A stretch of 64,000 bases of DNA, from NCBI GenBank assembly GCA_965232155.1, contig OZ246948.1, positions 1,016,434-1,080,433 on the forward strand. The letters are read 5' to 3'. Under the pieces are notes generated by a model. The model saw only the letters and a program-made list of their open reading frames with translations, searched no databases and was not told the DNA's origin. Source of the stretch: Thermodesulfobacteriota bacterium (GTDB taxonomy: Bacteria > Desulfobacterota_D > UBA1144 > Nemesobacterales > Nemesobacteraceae). Of the stretch, positions 48,464 to 59,235 are shown piece after piece (within the stretch, counting starts at the first letter, position 1; every line of letters starts with the position of its first letter). The position numbers were made by a program, and so were the translations under genes.

Positions 48464-49354
48464 TTGAGTCAGAAGAAGCGAACGAGAAAAAAACAGCCTA
48501 CGGCAAAAACCGGCGGAAAAAAAAGCACGTTAAGGCTCACCCACGCAGTTTTAGTCCTGATTTTCTTTTTCGCCTTTTCAATTTTCGGCCTCAAGTATAT
48601 CGAAAGATTTTTTGACGAACGGTCACCCCGGGAGGCTACTCCTACTGTGGTGGATAAGATTGAGGAGAAAAAGCCCCAGCGTCCGGGAGTTATTCTCATA
48701 ATAGATGATTTGGGTCATAACAAGGAGTCGATTGACAGAATACTCAGGATTAAACAGCCGCTTAATTTAGCCGTGCTTCCGCATCTTCCCCATTCCCTGT
48801 ACGCTGCGCACGCTGCTTACCGCGGGGGAAGGGACGTGATTCTCCACCTACCCATGGAACCCAAGTATTCTTCCGGTTATACGGCCGATGACGCTGGAGA
48901 AGGAGTTCTGCTGCTCGGCTTCTCGATAGACCAGGTGAGGCAGGAGCTCAGAAGAAACATCATGGCCGTCCCAAACATAGCGGGAGTCAACAATCATATG
49001 GGCTCCAAGTTCATGGAGAATGAAGAGCTGGTAAAGACGGTAATGCAGGAACTTAAGACCAGAGGACTTTATTTTGTCGACAGCTTTACGACCCCCAACT
49101 CCCGCGGATACAGCGTAGCGAGGCAGTTTGGAGTAAAGACGCTTAAAAGGGATGTCTTTATTGACCAGAGCGAGCGGGGCAAGGAATATACTATGGAGCA
49201 GCTTGACCGGTTGGTGAGGATCGCTGAGAAAAACGGCATAGCGGTAGGTATAGGCCATCCTTACCCGCAGACGATAGACGCTCTCGAGGAATATATTCCC
49301 AAGATTGAGGAAAAGGTTGAATTTATGAAAATATCGGCGACCGCTTTGAACTGA
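48464..49354 (+). CDS. Divergent polysaccharide deacetylase family protein (YibQ-like)
   Basis: N-terminal TM anchor, IDDLGHN...LPHLPHS...NHMGS... family pattern; its position after ctpA parallels the envC-yibQ arrangement. Confidence 0.75.
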   Translation: MSQKKRTRKKQPTAKTGGKKSTLRLTHAVLVLIFFFAFSIFGLKYIERFFDERSPREATPTVVDKIEEKKPQRPGVILIIDDLGHNKESIDRILRIKQPLNLAVLPHLPHSLYAAHAAYRGGRDVILHLPMEPKYSSGYTADDAGEGVLLLGFSIDQVRQELRRNIMAVPNIAGVNNHMGSKFMENEELVKTVMQELKTRGLYFVDSFTTPNSRGYSVARQFGVKTLKRDVFIDQSERGKEYTMEQLDRLVRIAEKNGIAVGIGHPYPQTIDALEEYIPKIEEKVEFMKISATALN

Positions 49355-49390
49355 AACGGTTGCGGCGAAATCACCTGAAAGAGGATTGTC

Positions 49391-49579
49391 ATGGGACTTG
49401 TAGATGAAATCAGAGACAGACGGGATTCCTGGAACCGGAGACTTGAAGAGCAGAGGGTCTCCCAGGAGCCCTACGATCATGAATTTGAGAAACGGAACGC
49501 CCGCAGCATCGAAGAAGAAATAAGAAAGAACCGGGAGATGGTTGGAAAATTCCCGATTCTGGAAAAACAATCGAAATAG
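49391..49579 (+). CDS. Hypothetical small charged protein (62 aa)
   Basis: ORF with AAGAGGA ribosome-binding site; no homology recognised. Confidence 0.25.
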   Translation: MGLVDEIRDRRDSWNRRLEEQRVSQEPYDHEFEKRNARSIEEEIRKNREMVGKFPILEKQSK

Positions 49580-49671
49580 TCGGCGAAAAAGGGCCGCTGG
49601 CGGGTGATTTGACAATCTTTTTTTTATCCTTTAGGGTTTTTCACCCCCGTTGGGATGGAGGTTTTGATTTT

Positions 49672-49860
49672 TTGCCAGGAATAACAGTAGGTAGCAGCGA
49701 AAGTATTGACAGTGCCTTAAAAAGGTTTAAGAAACAGGTTGAAAAGGGTGGGGTTCTTTCTGAAGTAAGGAAGAGAGAATACTACGAAAAACCGAGCGAG
49801 AAGAAAAAAAAGAAGCTGTTTGCCGCCAAAAAGCGCAGTTCAAGCAGAAGAAGAAGGTAA
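49672..49860 (+). CDS. rpsU: 30S ribosomal protein S21
   Basis: TTG start giving [48 protein letters not shown]... (S21 pattern ALRRFKR..EK.G.L.E.RRRE.YEKP). GGAGG ribosome-binding site 11 nt upstream. Confidence 0.85.
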   Translation: MPGITVGSSESIDSALKRFKKQVEKGGVLSEVRKREYYEKPSEKKKKKLFAAKKRSSSRRRR

Positions 49861-49928
49861 ACTGTCTTAGTTTGCGCGGTTTTCACCGGAAGTTATTTCT
49901 GAAGGTCCCCCCGATTAAGTCGCTTTGA

Positions 49929-51723
49929 ATGAAGAACTATTCTTCCACATCAGCGATAGCGGATATAAAAGCAAGGCTCAGCATAGTAGATGTTATACAG
50001 GGCTTTGTTTCCCTTAAAAAATCTGGAAAGAACCATATCGGGCTCTGCCCGTTCCACGACGACAACAACCCTTCCATGCAGGTAAATGATGAGAAGGGTT
50101 TTTTTCATTGCTTCAGCTGCGGAGCCGGAGGAGATGTATTCGGCTTCCTGATGAGATACAGCAATATAGGCTTCCCCGAAGCCTTAAAAGAACTTGCCAA
50201 GAAAGCCGGAGTCAGACTCCCGGCTCCGCGTCGGCGCACCGAAAGTGAGAAGAAAAAAGAGGCCACTTCGGCGAGGTTTTTCAAGATAAATTCTCTTGTC
50301 TGTTCGTTTTACAGCGATAATCTCCACAAGGTCGGGAAAAAACTCCGCGCGGGCTAGAAAGTACCTGGAATCCAGAGGAATCGGTCCAGAGATAATCGAG
50401 GAGTTCAAGCTTGGCTTTGCCCCAGACAGCTGGGATGCCGTTGTGAAATTCGCTTCAGCGAAAAATATAGGTATCAAGGAACTCGAAAAACTTGGTCTTG
50501 TCGCTGCGAAGAAGAGCGGAAGCGGCCATTACGATCGGTTCCGAAACAGGATTGTTTTTCCCATAGATGAGATAACGGGACAAATTTGCGGTTTCGGCGG
50601 CAGAACTCTGAGCGAAGATGAACCCAAACAGCCGAAATACATGAATTCCCCTGAATCCCCGGTTTTCGACAAAAGGAGCATTCTTTACGGAATTTACCGC
50701 TCGAAAAATGAAATCGGAAGAGAACGGAAAGCCGTTTTGGTTGAAGGCTACATGGATTTCATAAAGCTCTACGCAAATGGAATACGCAACGTGGTCGCCA
50801 CCTTGGGGACGGCTTTTACGAATGACCACGCCAGGCTTCTGCGACGTTTCTGCGAGGAGGTGGTGATTGTCTACGACGGCGATACCGCCGGGATACGTTC
50901 CGCTGTCCGGGCCGGAGAGATTCTTCTTGAGCAGGGGATTTCTTCAAGCATTTGCCGTATTCCCGATGGCCTCGACCCCGATGATTATCTGGAGGAGCAC
51001 GGATCTGAGAGTCTCGCCGGGCTGATCGAAGCCGCCGTTGATGTCTCGGATTTTATTATTGACGACACTTTTGCAAGGTACAGGGAAAAGAAAATGTCTT
51101 CCGGAGAGTCGATAAAATTTCTTGTGGATTTAGTTTCAAAAATAAAAGACCCGGTCAGAAGGGCTGAAGCTGTTTCCAAGGTAACAGGGCTTTTCGGGAT
51201 AAGGGAGTCTGAGTTCCTCTCTATGGTGAAGACTTCGGATCCGGGGAGAAACCGCGGGTCGCTTGCGCCGGCGACCCTGATTCCGGAAAAGAACATTCAT
51301 GAGAGAGAAATTGTTAGGATACTGCTTAAATTTCCCCACCTGATGAACGCCGAGAAGATTGAAAATATCGGTAGGCATTTTGAAAATGGTGATTTAAAGG
51401 TTATTCTCAAACGTGTGGGTGAAGGGGAGTTTACCGAAGTTTCCTCCCTGATGAGTTCTTTTGAGAAAATCGAGATGCAGCAACTGCTGAGCGAATTGAT
51501 TTTTTCTTCGGATAATTTGGTAGATGAGACGATTTCGGAGAAAATATTAAAGGACTGCGTGAAGGAGCTTGAACTGAAAAATATAGCTTTTAAGCGTAAT
51601 GAAGTAATAGAGAGAATCCGCAAGCAGCGTGACTCTTCGGATAAGAACCTCGAAAGAAAACTTGTTGAACAATACAGGGATCTGGTGAGTATGGAAAAGA
51701 CCATAAAAGAGGCTGCAAGTTGA
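49929..51723 (+). CDS. dnaG: DNA primase, with an apparent +1 frameshift in an A6 run near 50325
   Basis: Zn-finger [30 protein letters not shown], then ...[12 protein letters not shown]| after which the frame shifts to [14 protein letters not shown]... (removing one A restores the frame). TOPRIM EGYMDF...VYDGDTAGI. Confidence 0.85.
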
Positions 51724-53213
51724 ACCCAAACGACGAGACCAACGGACTGGGAAACGAAGTCGGCATGCAGGATGAAGGGGAGTTCCCTGAGTCCGGACAG
51801 GGTTTTCAAAGTCCCCCGTCTGATTCTCAAGCGGAAGACAAGCTCAAACACGTAAAGAGTCCTGATTCCGACCAAGATCCTATAAGGTCTTACATTCTCG
51901 CTATTGCGCAGCACTCCCTCCTTTCCAAGGAGGAAGAAGTTGAGATAGCAAGACAGATTGAAAAAGGTAAGAAAATAATCGCGAGAATGATAATAGAGAA
52001 CCCCTTCATGATGAAAAAGGTTCTCAAACTCGAAGAAGAGATAAAAGAAGGCACGCTCGGTGCGGGCGACAGTTCCTACCAGGGCGAGTACATAGAATCC
52101 TCCGCTGACGGCGAAACATATAGAAATTCCGCAAAGAACTTTCTTCCAATCAAGGAACTTTTTGCTGAGACCGAAGAGCTGAGAAAAAAACTCGATACTA
52201 CGACGCTTTCAGATAGCGAACGAGCGAAGATCTCTAAGCAAATCAGAAAGAACAACGAGCGGACCGTAGAACTTCTTGACGAAATCGATTTTTCCTCTGC
52301 GCAGGCCAGCAGGATATACAACCTGGCCGTCGAGTATGTGGACAGGATTGAGGGCGGGGATTGTGACTGCATTATGGATGGTTCAGACGATGGGATCGGC
52401 AATGGTTCGAGATCTGAATATTCCGAGGAGGAAATCGCTTCTCTTAAAAAGGTGCTTAGTAGGTTTGAAAAAGCAAAGAAGGCTACTAAGAAAGCCAGAA
52501 AAACACTTATCGAGTGCAACCTCAGACTTGTAGTCAGTATAGCGAGAAAATACGTTAACAGAGGCCTGCCGTTCCTCGATCTGGTTCAAGAAGGCAATAT
52601 GGGGTTGATGAAAGCGGTTGAAAAGTTCGAACATGGAATGGGATACAAATTTTCAACCTGTGCCACGTGGTGGATAAAGCAGGCAATTACGCGCGCAATA
52701 GCTGATCAGGGAAGTCTTATAAGAATTCCTGTTCACATGACCGAAAATATAAACAGGCTGAACAAAATCTCGAGATCCCTGATGCAGAAACTGGGGAGAG
52801 AACCCAAGCCGGAAGAGATAGCCGAGGCAATGGACATACCTCTTGATAAGGTCTTGAAGATCATGAAGGTGTCACGTGACCCGATTTCCCTGGAGTCCCC
52901 GATTGGCGAGGACGAGTGCAGGCTGATGGATATTATCTCGGACCCGGCTTCCGCTTCTCCTCTTGACATGCTCGAGACCAAAGAATTGAACCGTATCATG
53001 CGCAACGCGCTCTGCACCAGTCTCAGTAACGGAGAGGAAGGAGTCGTTAAAATGCGTTTTGGTATAGATGAAGACAAGGAATACACCCTTGAAGAAATAG
53101 GGAAGAAGTTGAACGTTACCCGCGAGAGGATAAGACAGATCGAGGTAAAGGCCATTAAGAAGCTTAAAAGGTTCGGAAGAGCTCTTCCCATACGGGGTCT
53201 TAACACTGACTGA
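51720..53213 (+). CDS. rpoD: RNA polymerase sigma-70 factor RpoD (alternative ATG start at 51765)
   Basis: Region 1.2 [21 protein letters not shown], region 2 [41 protein letters not shown], region 4 [29 protein letters not shown]. Confidence 0.9.
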   Translation: MNPNDETNGLGNEVGMQDEGEFPESGQGFQSPPSDSQAEDKLKHVKSPDSDQDPIRSYILAIAQHSLLSKEEEVEIARQIEKGKKIIARMIIENPFMMKKVLKLEEEIKEGTLGAGDSSYQGEYIESSADGETYRNSAKNFLPIKELFAETEELRKKLDTTTLSDSERAKISKQIRKNNERTVELLDEIDFSSAQASRIYNLAVEYVDRIEGGDCDCIMDGSDDGIGNGSRSEYSEEEIASLKKVLSRFEKAKKATKKARKTLIECNLRLVVSIARKYVNRGLPFLDLVQEGNMGLMKAVEKFEHGMGYKFSTCATWWIKQAITRAIADQGSLIRIPVHMTENINRLNKISRSLMQKLGREPKPEEIAEAMDIPLDKVLKIMKVSRDPISLESPIGEDECRLMDIISDPASASPLDMLETKELNRIMRNALCTSLSNGEEGVVKMRFGIDEDKEYTLEEIGKKLNVTRERIRQIEVKAIKKLKRFGRALPIRGLNTD

Positions 53214-53221
53214 TATTCCAG

Positions 53222-53250
53222 CTTGACATTACTTTTTTCAATGGTAGTTT
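53222..53250 (+). promoter_or_regulatory. Possible promoter for the 5S rRNA (consensus -35 TTGACA; weak -10)
   Basis: TTGACA at 53222-53227, about 30 nt before the mature 5S 5-prime end. Confidence 0.3.
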
Positions 53251-53258
53251 TCTGATTC

Positions 53259-53372
53259 TAGGGTGGCTATGCTGAAGGGGAAGCACCCGGTCCCATCCCG
53301 AACCCGGAAGTTAAGTCCTTATAGGCCGATGATACTGCTCCTTTCAGGAGTGGGAAAGTAGGTGGCTGCCCT
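53259..53372 (+). rRNA. rrf: 5S ribosomal RNA, not linked to 16S/23S within this window
   Basis: GGGTGGCTATGCTGAAGGGGAAGCACCCGGTCCCATCCCGAACCCGGAAGTTAAGTCC...GCCGATGATACTG...GGGAAAGTAGGTGGCTGCCC carries the universal 5S loop motifs (CCCATCCCGAAC, GAAGTTAAG, GGGAAAGTAGGT) and 5-prime/3-prime helix I complementarity. Followed by T6. Confidence 0.85.
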
Positions 53373-53402
53373 TTTTTCTTTCCTTGCTTTCTCAACTTTC
53401 CG

Positions 53403-54014
53403 GTGCCTGCGATGTCAAAGACCAACGTTGCCGTGTTTGTTTCCGGAAGCGGAACAAATCTTCAGGCAGTGATAGATTCCGGCATAGAATCTGCAAACAT
53501 AGCCGTGGTTGTCTGTGATACTCCAGGAGTCATGGCAATTGAGAGGGCCAGGAAACACGGTATTCCCTTAGAACTCGTAAACAGCAGGGATTTTGAATCA
53601 AAGGAAGAGTTCGAAAGGCAGATAGTAGCGAAAATCGACAGATATGACATAGGTCTTGTCGTACTTGCCGGGTTCATGAGGATATTTACTCCTTATTTCA
53701 TAGGCCGTTTCGCGAACCGCATCATCAATATTCATCCTTCCTTGCTTCCTTCTTTTCCGGGAACAAATTCGGTAAGACAGGCACTTGACTACGGAGTGAA
53801 ACAGACGGGTTGTACCGTCCACTTCGTGGAAGAGAAAGTTGACGCTGGTCCGATTATTTTTCAGGCAGTTGTTCCGGTTACGGAGGAAGATACGGAAAAG
53901 ACTCTGCTTGAAAAAGTCCATACCGAGGAACACAGGATACTGCCTGAAGCCATAAGGCTTTTCTGCGAGGGAAAACTGACCCTCAGTGGAAGAAAAGTCC
54001 TGATTTCCTCCTAA
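53403..54014 (+). CDS. purN: Phosphoribosylglycinamide formyltransferase
   Basis: VAVFVSGSGTNLQAV...LAGFMRI...NIHPSLLPSFPG. Confidence 0.9.
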   Translation: MPAMSKTNVAVFVSGSGTNLQAVIDSGIESANIAVVVCDTPGVMAIERARKHGIPLELVNSRDFESKEEFERQIVAKIDRYDIGLVVLAGFMRIFTPYFIGRFANRIINIHPSLLPSFPGTNSVRQALDYGVKQTGCTVHFVEEKVDAGPIIFQAVVPVTEEDTEKTLLEKVHTEEHRILPEAIRLFCEGKLTLSGRKVLISS

Positions 54015-54028
54015 TATCCGAGAAATCT

Positions 54029-55048
54029 CTAAACGGTTCTTCCAATGGCTTCGGCAACGGGGGCAGCTTTTTCCATCAGATTTTTGAATGTTTTCGGTTT
54101 AAGCGACTGAGCTCCGTCACTAACGGCTATCTCAGGATTATCATGAACCTCGACTATTACTCCGTCCGCTCCGGCGGCTATTGAAGCTAGAGTTACCGGG
54201 ATTACGTACTGCCAGTAGCCGGTTCCATGGCTGGGGTCGGCGAAAACAGGCAGATGGGTCTTTTCCTTAAGTACCGGGATAGCGTTCAGATCGAAAGTGT
54301 TTCTGGTTGCAGTCTCAAAGGTCCTTATTCCCCGTTCGCAGAGCATTACGTTACTGTTGCCCTCCGACAGTATATATTCTGCACACATGAGAAACTCGTT
54401 TATAGTTGTCGACATACCCCGTTTTAGCAAGATGGCCTTTTTTGTCTTGCCGACATGCCTTAAAAGCGAATAGTTCTGGGAATTTCTCGCTCCGATCTGA
54501 AGCACATCCGCGTATTCCTCGACCAGTTCAAGATCGTCCGGGCTCATTACTTCGGTCACTATGGGCAGTCCGGTCACTTCTTTTGCCTTGACGAGAAGTT
54601 CCAGTCCCTCTTTCCCAAGACCTTGGAAAGAATATGGGGAAGTTCTGGGTTTAAACGCCCCGCCTCTGAGCATTGACGCCCCTGAATCTTTTATGGAAGC
54701 TGCGATTGTCATTATCTGTTCTTCGCTTTCAACCGAGCAGGGTCCCGCAATTATGGGGATATTCCTGTCCCCTACTGCAACGCCTCCCACATTGAAAACG
54801 GAGGTTTCATCGTTCACTTCCCTGCTTGTTAGCTTGTAGGGCTGAAGCACAGGAACGACCTTTTCGACTCCCTGCAGCTGTTTGAGGATGTCGAGGTCAT
54901 GCGGCTTTCCTCTATCGTCTCCGACCACTCCGATGACAGTCCTGAGAATTCCTTCGATCGGATGCGGCGAATAGCCAAGTTCCTCTATAACGGATTTGAC
55001 CTTGTCTATATCTTCCTTGGTCGCCTTCTGCTTCATTACTACTATCAT
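54029..55048 (-). CDS. aroF: 3-deoxy-7-phosphoheptulonate synthase, class I-beta with N-terminal regulatory domain
   Basis: N-terminal ferredoxin-like domain [25 protein letters not shown], then [10 protein letters not shown]...[19 protein letters not shown] catalytic barrel. Confidence 0.9.
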   Translation of the reverse strand: MIVVMKQKATKEDIDKVKSVIEELGYSPHPIEGILRTVIGVVGDDRGKPHDLDILKQLQGVEKVVPVLQPYKLTSREVNDETSVFNVGGVAVGDRNIPIIAGPCSVESEEQIMTIAASIKDSGASMLRGGAFKPRTSPYSFQGLGKEGLELLVKAKEVTGLPIVTEVMSPDDLELVEEYADVLQIGARNSQNYSLLRHVGKTKKAILLKRGMSTTINEFLMCAEYILSEGNSNVMLCERGIRTFETATRNTFDLNAIPVLKEKTHLPVFADPSHGTGYWQYVIPVTLASIAAGADGVIVEVHDNPEIAVSDGAQSLKPKTFKNLMEKAAPVAEAIGRTV

Positions 55049-55152
55049 TTAAAGAACCTCCATATTTTGTGCGGAACGGACAAACTTAATACATAGAACA
55101 TTCTTAATGTCAATTGCAATGGCTTTATATATCGACGTATTGAGCTTATTTG

Positions 55153-55761
55153 CTAGGGAAGATTTAGAAAAACGGCACTGAATATCTTTTGCGAGGCTTC
55201 CCTGAAATGCTTTTCGAATTTTGTTTCTGCTTCTTCTCTTGGAGCCTCAACGAAACCGGGTGGAGGGTGCGCGGGGCGGAACGAGCGACTTCTTTTGAAT
55301 TCGGACACTATCTGCTCAATGTAGCTCAACTGATCGGTCTTTATTACGATCCTCCCGCTTTTCGTAAGCACTCTTGCCAGGCAGCTTATAAATTCCCGGT
55401 TGAACATTCTGTGCTTTGAGTGTCTTTTCTTCGGCCAAGGATCGGGAAAGTTCACTAGAACAAGATCAAACATTCTTTCCCTGAAGACCTGTCTGAGGGC
55501 GATTTCAGCTTCAATGTGGAGGAACTTTAAGTTTTCCAGGGAGAGCTCTCCCGCAACACGCACCGCTTTTCGGAACCTTCCTCTCTTGATCTCGATACCA
55601 AGGTAGTTTCTGCTTGCATCGCGCTGCGCTGCGTTTAAGAGAAATTCTCCTTCTCCAAAGCCGATTTCAAGTACCAGAGGTTTTTCGTCGCAGAAAATGT
55701 CTTTTTTGCCGATGGGAAGCGAAAATAAGGAGATATCCACCGCGGGCTCGGTTGAGTTCAT
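55153..55761 (-). CDS. trmB: tRNA (guanine46-N7)-methyltransferase
   Basis: LVLEIGFGEGEFL...LGIEI...VNFPDPWPKKRHSKHR. Confidence 0.85.
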   Translation of the reverse strand: MNSTEPAVDISLFSLPIGKKDIFCDEKPLVLEIGFGEGEFLLNAAQRDASRNYLGIEIKRGRFRKAVRVAGELSLENLKFLHIEAEIALRQVFRERMFDLVLVNFPDPWPKKRHSKHRMFNREFISCLARVLTKSGRIVIKTDQLSYIEQIVSEFKRSRSFRPAHPPPGFVEAPREEAETKFEKHFREASQKIFSAVFLNLP

Positions 55762-55769
55762 TTTCCGTG

Positions 55770-56870
55770 TCAGGATCTAAAAGCGGAAATTATGGTCTGC
55801 TCCCCGATCTTTATTCCGTGATCTTCCCCATGTTTTTTCATCTTGCCTATGCACTCGGGAAGCGACATTTCTATATTGCCTTTTCTGGCTTTCTTGTCGA
55901 TCTTCATAACGTCGATTATTTTCCCGACGTTTACCCCGCTTGGAGGCTCGGTAGGAAGTCCCGCCCTTTCCAGAAGAAGGGTGAGCCTCTCCTGCTCTTT
56001 TTCGCTCCACCCTGTTTCACCAAGGGCGATTTTCCCCTCAATTACCATCCCCGCGGAAATCGCTTCTCCGTGGGAGATTGTATAGTCAGATAGCTGCTCA
56101 ATTGCGTGGCCGACCGTGTGTCCGAAATTAAGGATTTTCCGCAGATTCTGCTCCTTTTCGTCTTTCTCGACCACTTCTGCCTTGATCCTGCAGCCTGTCT
56201 CTATTACTTTGAACAGCGCTTCGTCGTCAAATTCGTAGATTTTCTCGATATTTGCTTCTAGATAATGGAAGAAATCCTCACTTCTTATTACGCCGTATTT
56301 GATTATCTCGGCAAGCCCCTCCGCGAGCTGTTTCGGTTCGAGGGTCTTAAGCGTGTCTGTGTCCACATACACTCGCCATGGCTGATAGAAGGCACCGATG
56401 AGGTTTTTTCCGTGAGGGGTATCTACAGCGGTTTTTCCTCCCACCGAACTGTCAACGCAGGCAACCAGGCTTGTGGGCACCTGAACACAGGGGACTCCCC
56501 TCATGTAAGTGGCGGCCACGAATCCTGCTATGTCTCCCACGACCCCGCCGCCGAGTGCTATGACCGAAGAGTCCCTGCCGAATCCCGATTCAAGCATTCT
56601 GTCTTCTATGAAGGACTTGATTTCTCTGGTTTTGCTTTGTTCTCCCGCCGGGAAGACAATCATACTGACTTCCGGGAGTGCTTCCTCAAGATCGCTCAGA
56701 AGTTTCGCTCCGTAGAGATCCGCCACGTTTGAATCGGTTACTAGGGCGTAGGAGTGAGCTATGGAGGCCTCGCTCAGATCGCCCGCAATCTGCCTCACAA
56801 GACCTTGCCCGATCAGTATTTCATAGGAATTATCTTCGTTTGAACTGACTTTGACTGCTATCTTTTTCAA
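55770..56870 (-). CDS. aroB: 3-dehydroquinate synthase
   Basis: ALGGGVVGDIAGFVAATYMRGVPCVQVPTSL...DSSVGGKTAV...NFGHTVGHAIE. Confidence 0.9.
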   Translation of the reverse strand: MKKIAVKVSSNEDNSYEILIGQGLVRQIAGDLSEASIAHSYALVTDSNVADLYGAKLLSDLEEALPEVSMIVFPAGEQSKTREIKSFIEDRMLESGFGRDSSVIALGGGVVGDIAGFVAATYMRGVPCVQVPTSLVACVDSSVGGKTAVDTPHGKNLIGAFYQPWRVYVDTDTLKTLEPKQLAEGLAEIIKYGVIRSEDFFHYLEANIEKIYEFDDEALFKVIETGCRIKAEVVEKDEKEQNLRKILNFGHTVGHAIEQLSDYTISHGEAISAGMVIEGKIALGETGWSEKEQERLTLLLERAGLPTEPPSGVNVGKIIDVMKIDKKARKGNIEMSLPECIGKMKKHGEDHGIKIGEQTIISAFRS

Positions 56871-56873
56871 TCT

Positions 56874-57431
56874 TTACCCCGGCATTTTAAGTAGGGACCA
56901 GACAGGGTGGGGGGAAAGGACCTCGGCACCCTTGAGCCCAGCAAGCTCTACGAGGAAAAGGTATCCTACGACGCTTCCTCCCAGTTCTTCCACCAACCGT
57001 CCGGTGCTGTGTGCCGTTCCTCCCGTGGCCAGAAGATCATCGACAATTACCGCGCTGCTTTTGTCGTTTATCGCGTCTTTGTGAATTTCCAGAACGTCTT
57101 TTCCGTACTCAAGATCATATGAAACGCTTGCGGTGTCGCTTGGCAGCTTGCCAGATTTCCTCACTAGGATTAACTCTTTTTCAAGCTTATAGGATAAGGC
57201 GGCGGCGAATATGAAGCCTCGGCTCTCGGGCGCGACAAGTGAGGTTATCTCCTTGTCGGCGAGTATCTCGGCCATCATGTCAACGGATTTTCGGAAAGCC
57301 CCAGCGTTTTTAACAAGCGTGGTTATATCGTAGAAGAGTATTCCTTTGCTCGGGAAATCGGGAACGCGTCTTATCTGGTTTTCGATTTCTTCCAGTGCTC
57401 TTTCTTTCTGCTTGTTCGGGGAGGTTTTCAT
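56874..57431 (-). CDS. apt: Adenine phosphoribosyltransferase
   Basis: FPSKGILFYDITTL...APESRGFIFAAALSYKL...VIVDDLLATGGT PRPP-binding motif. Confidence 0.9.
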   Translation of the reverse strand: MKTSPNKQKERALEEIENQIRRVPDFPSKGILFYDITTLVKNAGAFRKSVDMMAEILADKEITSLVAPESRGFIFAAALSYKLEKELILVRKSGKLPSDTASVSYDLEYGKDVLEIHKDAINDKSSAVIVDDLLATGGTAHSTGRLVEELGGSVVGYLFLVELAGLKGAEVLSPHPVWSLLKMPG

Positions 57432-57898
57432 CAGGCCTTTTCCCTGAGGGAGGATAGCTCAAAGGCTGTTCTCACTGCTTGTTCCGGGGTTTCGCATTTG
57501 ATAATTTCCTCAGAGACATCCCAGGTGTCAAGCCCGATAACAGGAATTCCGGACTTAAGTGCGAACGATATCTCCGACAGGGTGCCGAGCCTGCCTCCAA
57601 TGGCGATTATGGAATGGCTTGACTTTGCTACTATCACGTTTCTTGCTTCACCCATCCCCGTAACTATCGGTATGTCGATGAATCTGTTGGCCGACGAGGC
57701 TTCGGGGCCGGGGAGAATTCCGATTGTCTTGCCCCCGGCTGATTTCGCTCCCCGGCACGCGGCTTCCATAACTCCTCCCATTCCGCCACAGAGCAGAAAA
57801 CAATCTCTTTTGGCAATTAGAACTCCGACCTCCTCAGAAGTTCTTTTTTCCTCCTCACTTGCGTTTGCCGCTCCGATTACTCCTATGATCGTTTCCAT
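57431..57898 (-). CDS. LOG/TIGR00725-family Rossmann-fold protein
   Basis: IGVIGAANASEEE...LLCGGMGGVMEAACRGAKSAGGKTIGILP...IVTGMGEARN...IAIGGRLGTLSEI: typical lysine-decarboxylase-like/LOG motifs (GGxGxME, PGGxGTxxE). Confidence 0.6.
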   Translation of the reverse strand: METIIGVIGAANASEEEKRTSEEVGVLIAKRDCFLLCGGMGGVMEAACRGAKSAGGKTIGILPGPEASSANRFIDIPIVTGMGEARNVIVAKSSHSIIAIGGRLGTLSEISFALKSGIPVIGLDTWDVSEEIIKCETPEQAVRTAFELSSLREKA

Positions 57899-58004
57899 TA
57901 AAGTTTCACCGCGTTGTGGTTAACAAGCTTGTATAAAACGGTTAAAATCACAGGTCCCAAAGTATACCACGGGTTTAAGCGATTTATATCACGGGAAAAC
58001 CTTA

Positions 58005-58625
58005 ATGTATTGCGCAAGAACTTGGCTTACGCTTATTTTTTCAGTTTGCTTCCTCTTCCCCTTTCCTCTTGAGGGAAGCCAGGTGAATCTCAGGATTCCC
58101 CACGGTTTTGAATTCGGGATTTCTAGAAAAGACGCACTTAGTCTGATCGAATTTTCCAAACTCGAGATTATTTCTGATCGCAAATACTCGAACGATCTAC
58201 GAAAAGTCGTTCTGGGCGGTTCCTTGTCCGGAGTTGCTCTTGAACCGCCGCCCGAACATGAAACCCGGCTTGAATTTTATAAAGACAATCTTATGTCAAG
58301 CTCCATACTGTTCAGTTTTGAGAATGAGACCCGTTTTGCGTCCGCGAAAACCGAACTTGTCGGTGATCTGGCTAGTGTTCTCGGCGATGTTTTCGAGCGG
58401 GAGAAAATGTTTTCTTACGAAGTTCTGTCGTGGAATCTTTCGGACACAGTAGTACTTGCAAGCGTGAACTCTAAAAAAAGAACAATAGAAATTGAATATA
58501 TTCATAAAGCTGTTCTGGAAAAAAAGACGGCGAAGGACCTGCGCCGCAAACGCAGGGGGGATCCAGGAGACCCCGCAAGGCAGATGTTTATTGATAGCAA
58601 CTTCTCAGCGCAGAAAAATCGCTAA
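58005..58625 (+). CDS. Hypothetical secreted protein
   Basis: N-terminal signal-peptide-like segment; no recognisable domain. Confidence 0.4.
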   Translation: MYCARTWLTLIFSVCFLFPFPLEGSQVNLRIPHGFEFGISRKDALSLIEFSKLEIISDRKYSNDLRKVVLGGSLSGVALEPPPEHETRLEFYKDNLMSSSILFSFENETRFASAKTELVGDLASVLGDVFEREKMFSYEVLSWNLSDTVVLASVNSKKRTIEIEYIHKAVLEKKTAKDLRRKRRGDPGDPARQMFIDSNFSAQKNR

Positions 58626-58763
58626 CCCCCAAAAACAATTGTTCTTCTCCTGAATCTTGCGACCTGCCGCGAACTCTTAAAACCGGATCGGGTGAGTTTG
58701 AGAACTCTTCTAGACTGACAGAGCGTGAGAAAGCTAAGCGGTTCCTAATTTCCTCTTTGCGCT

Positions 58764-59084
58764 TTACGAAGGTCTTCCGTAAAGATTTAGAAGTGTTCCT
58801 ATGTGGAAAGCCAGGGCTACGTATATACCGCAGAGAAAGAGCTTCTGATAGCCGGCAAGATACTTGTTTACCAGGAATATAAGCGAGAGAAGCAAAAGAA
58901 ACCATCCTATGGTTTCTAAAATTAGATGCACGAGCCTCTGTACCGGCACTTCAGCGCTCCCGCTGGCTCTTGATCTGAAGACCTCCGGCAACTGCATGAA
59001 AACGAGAGAGAAGAAAGTCCCCAGTATATATGTACCTGCGAGAAATCCGAGTAGAACAAACAGAATGAGCAGCAAAAGCTCCAT
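58764..59084 (-). CDS. Hypothetical membrane protein (3-4 TM helices)
   Basis: 106-aa hydrophobic ORF. Confidence 0.35.
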   Translation of the reverse strand: MELLLLILFVLLGFLAGTYILGTFFSLVFMQLPEVFRSRASGSAEVPVQRLVHLILETIGWFLLLLSLIFLVNKYLAGYQKLFLCGIYVALAFHIGTLLNLYGRPS

Positions 59085-59235
59085 GGTTAAGCGACCTCGG
59101 TAAAAATAATATCATATTGCCGTGTTATTATGTATACGCGCTCTTGTTTTTGCCTCTATGCATGTGAATTGTTGCTTCTTAGGCGGTAGGGTGTAAATCT
59201 GGTATCTTTGTCCTAGGATAAGTTGCGTTTCAAAC

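Noticed and set aside
55049-55152. Inverted repeat GGGAAG...CTTCCC around the trmB stop
   Set aside because: The predicted loop is about 40 nt and there is no U-tract, so it is unlikely to be a terminator or structured RNA.
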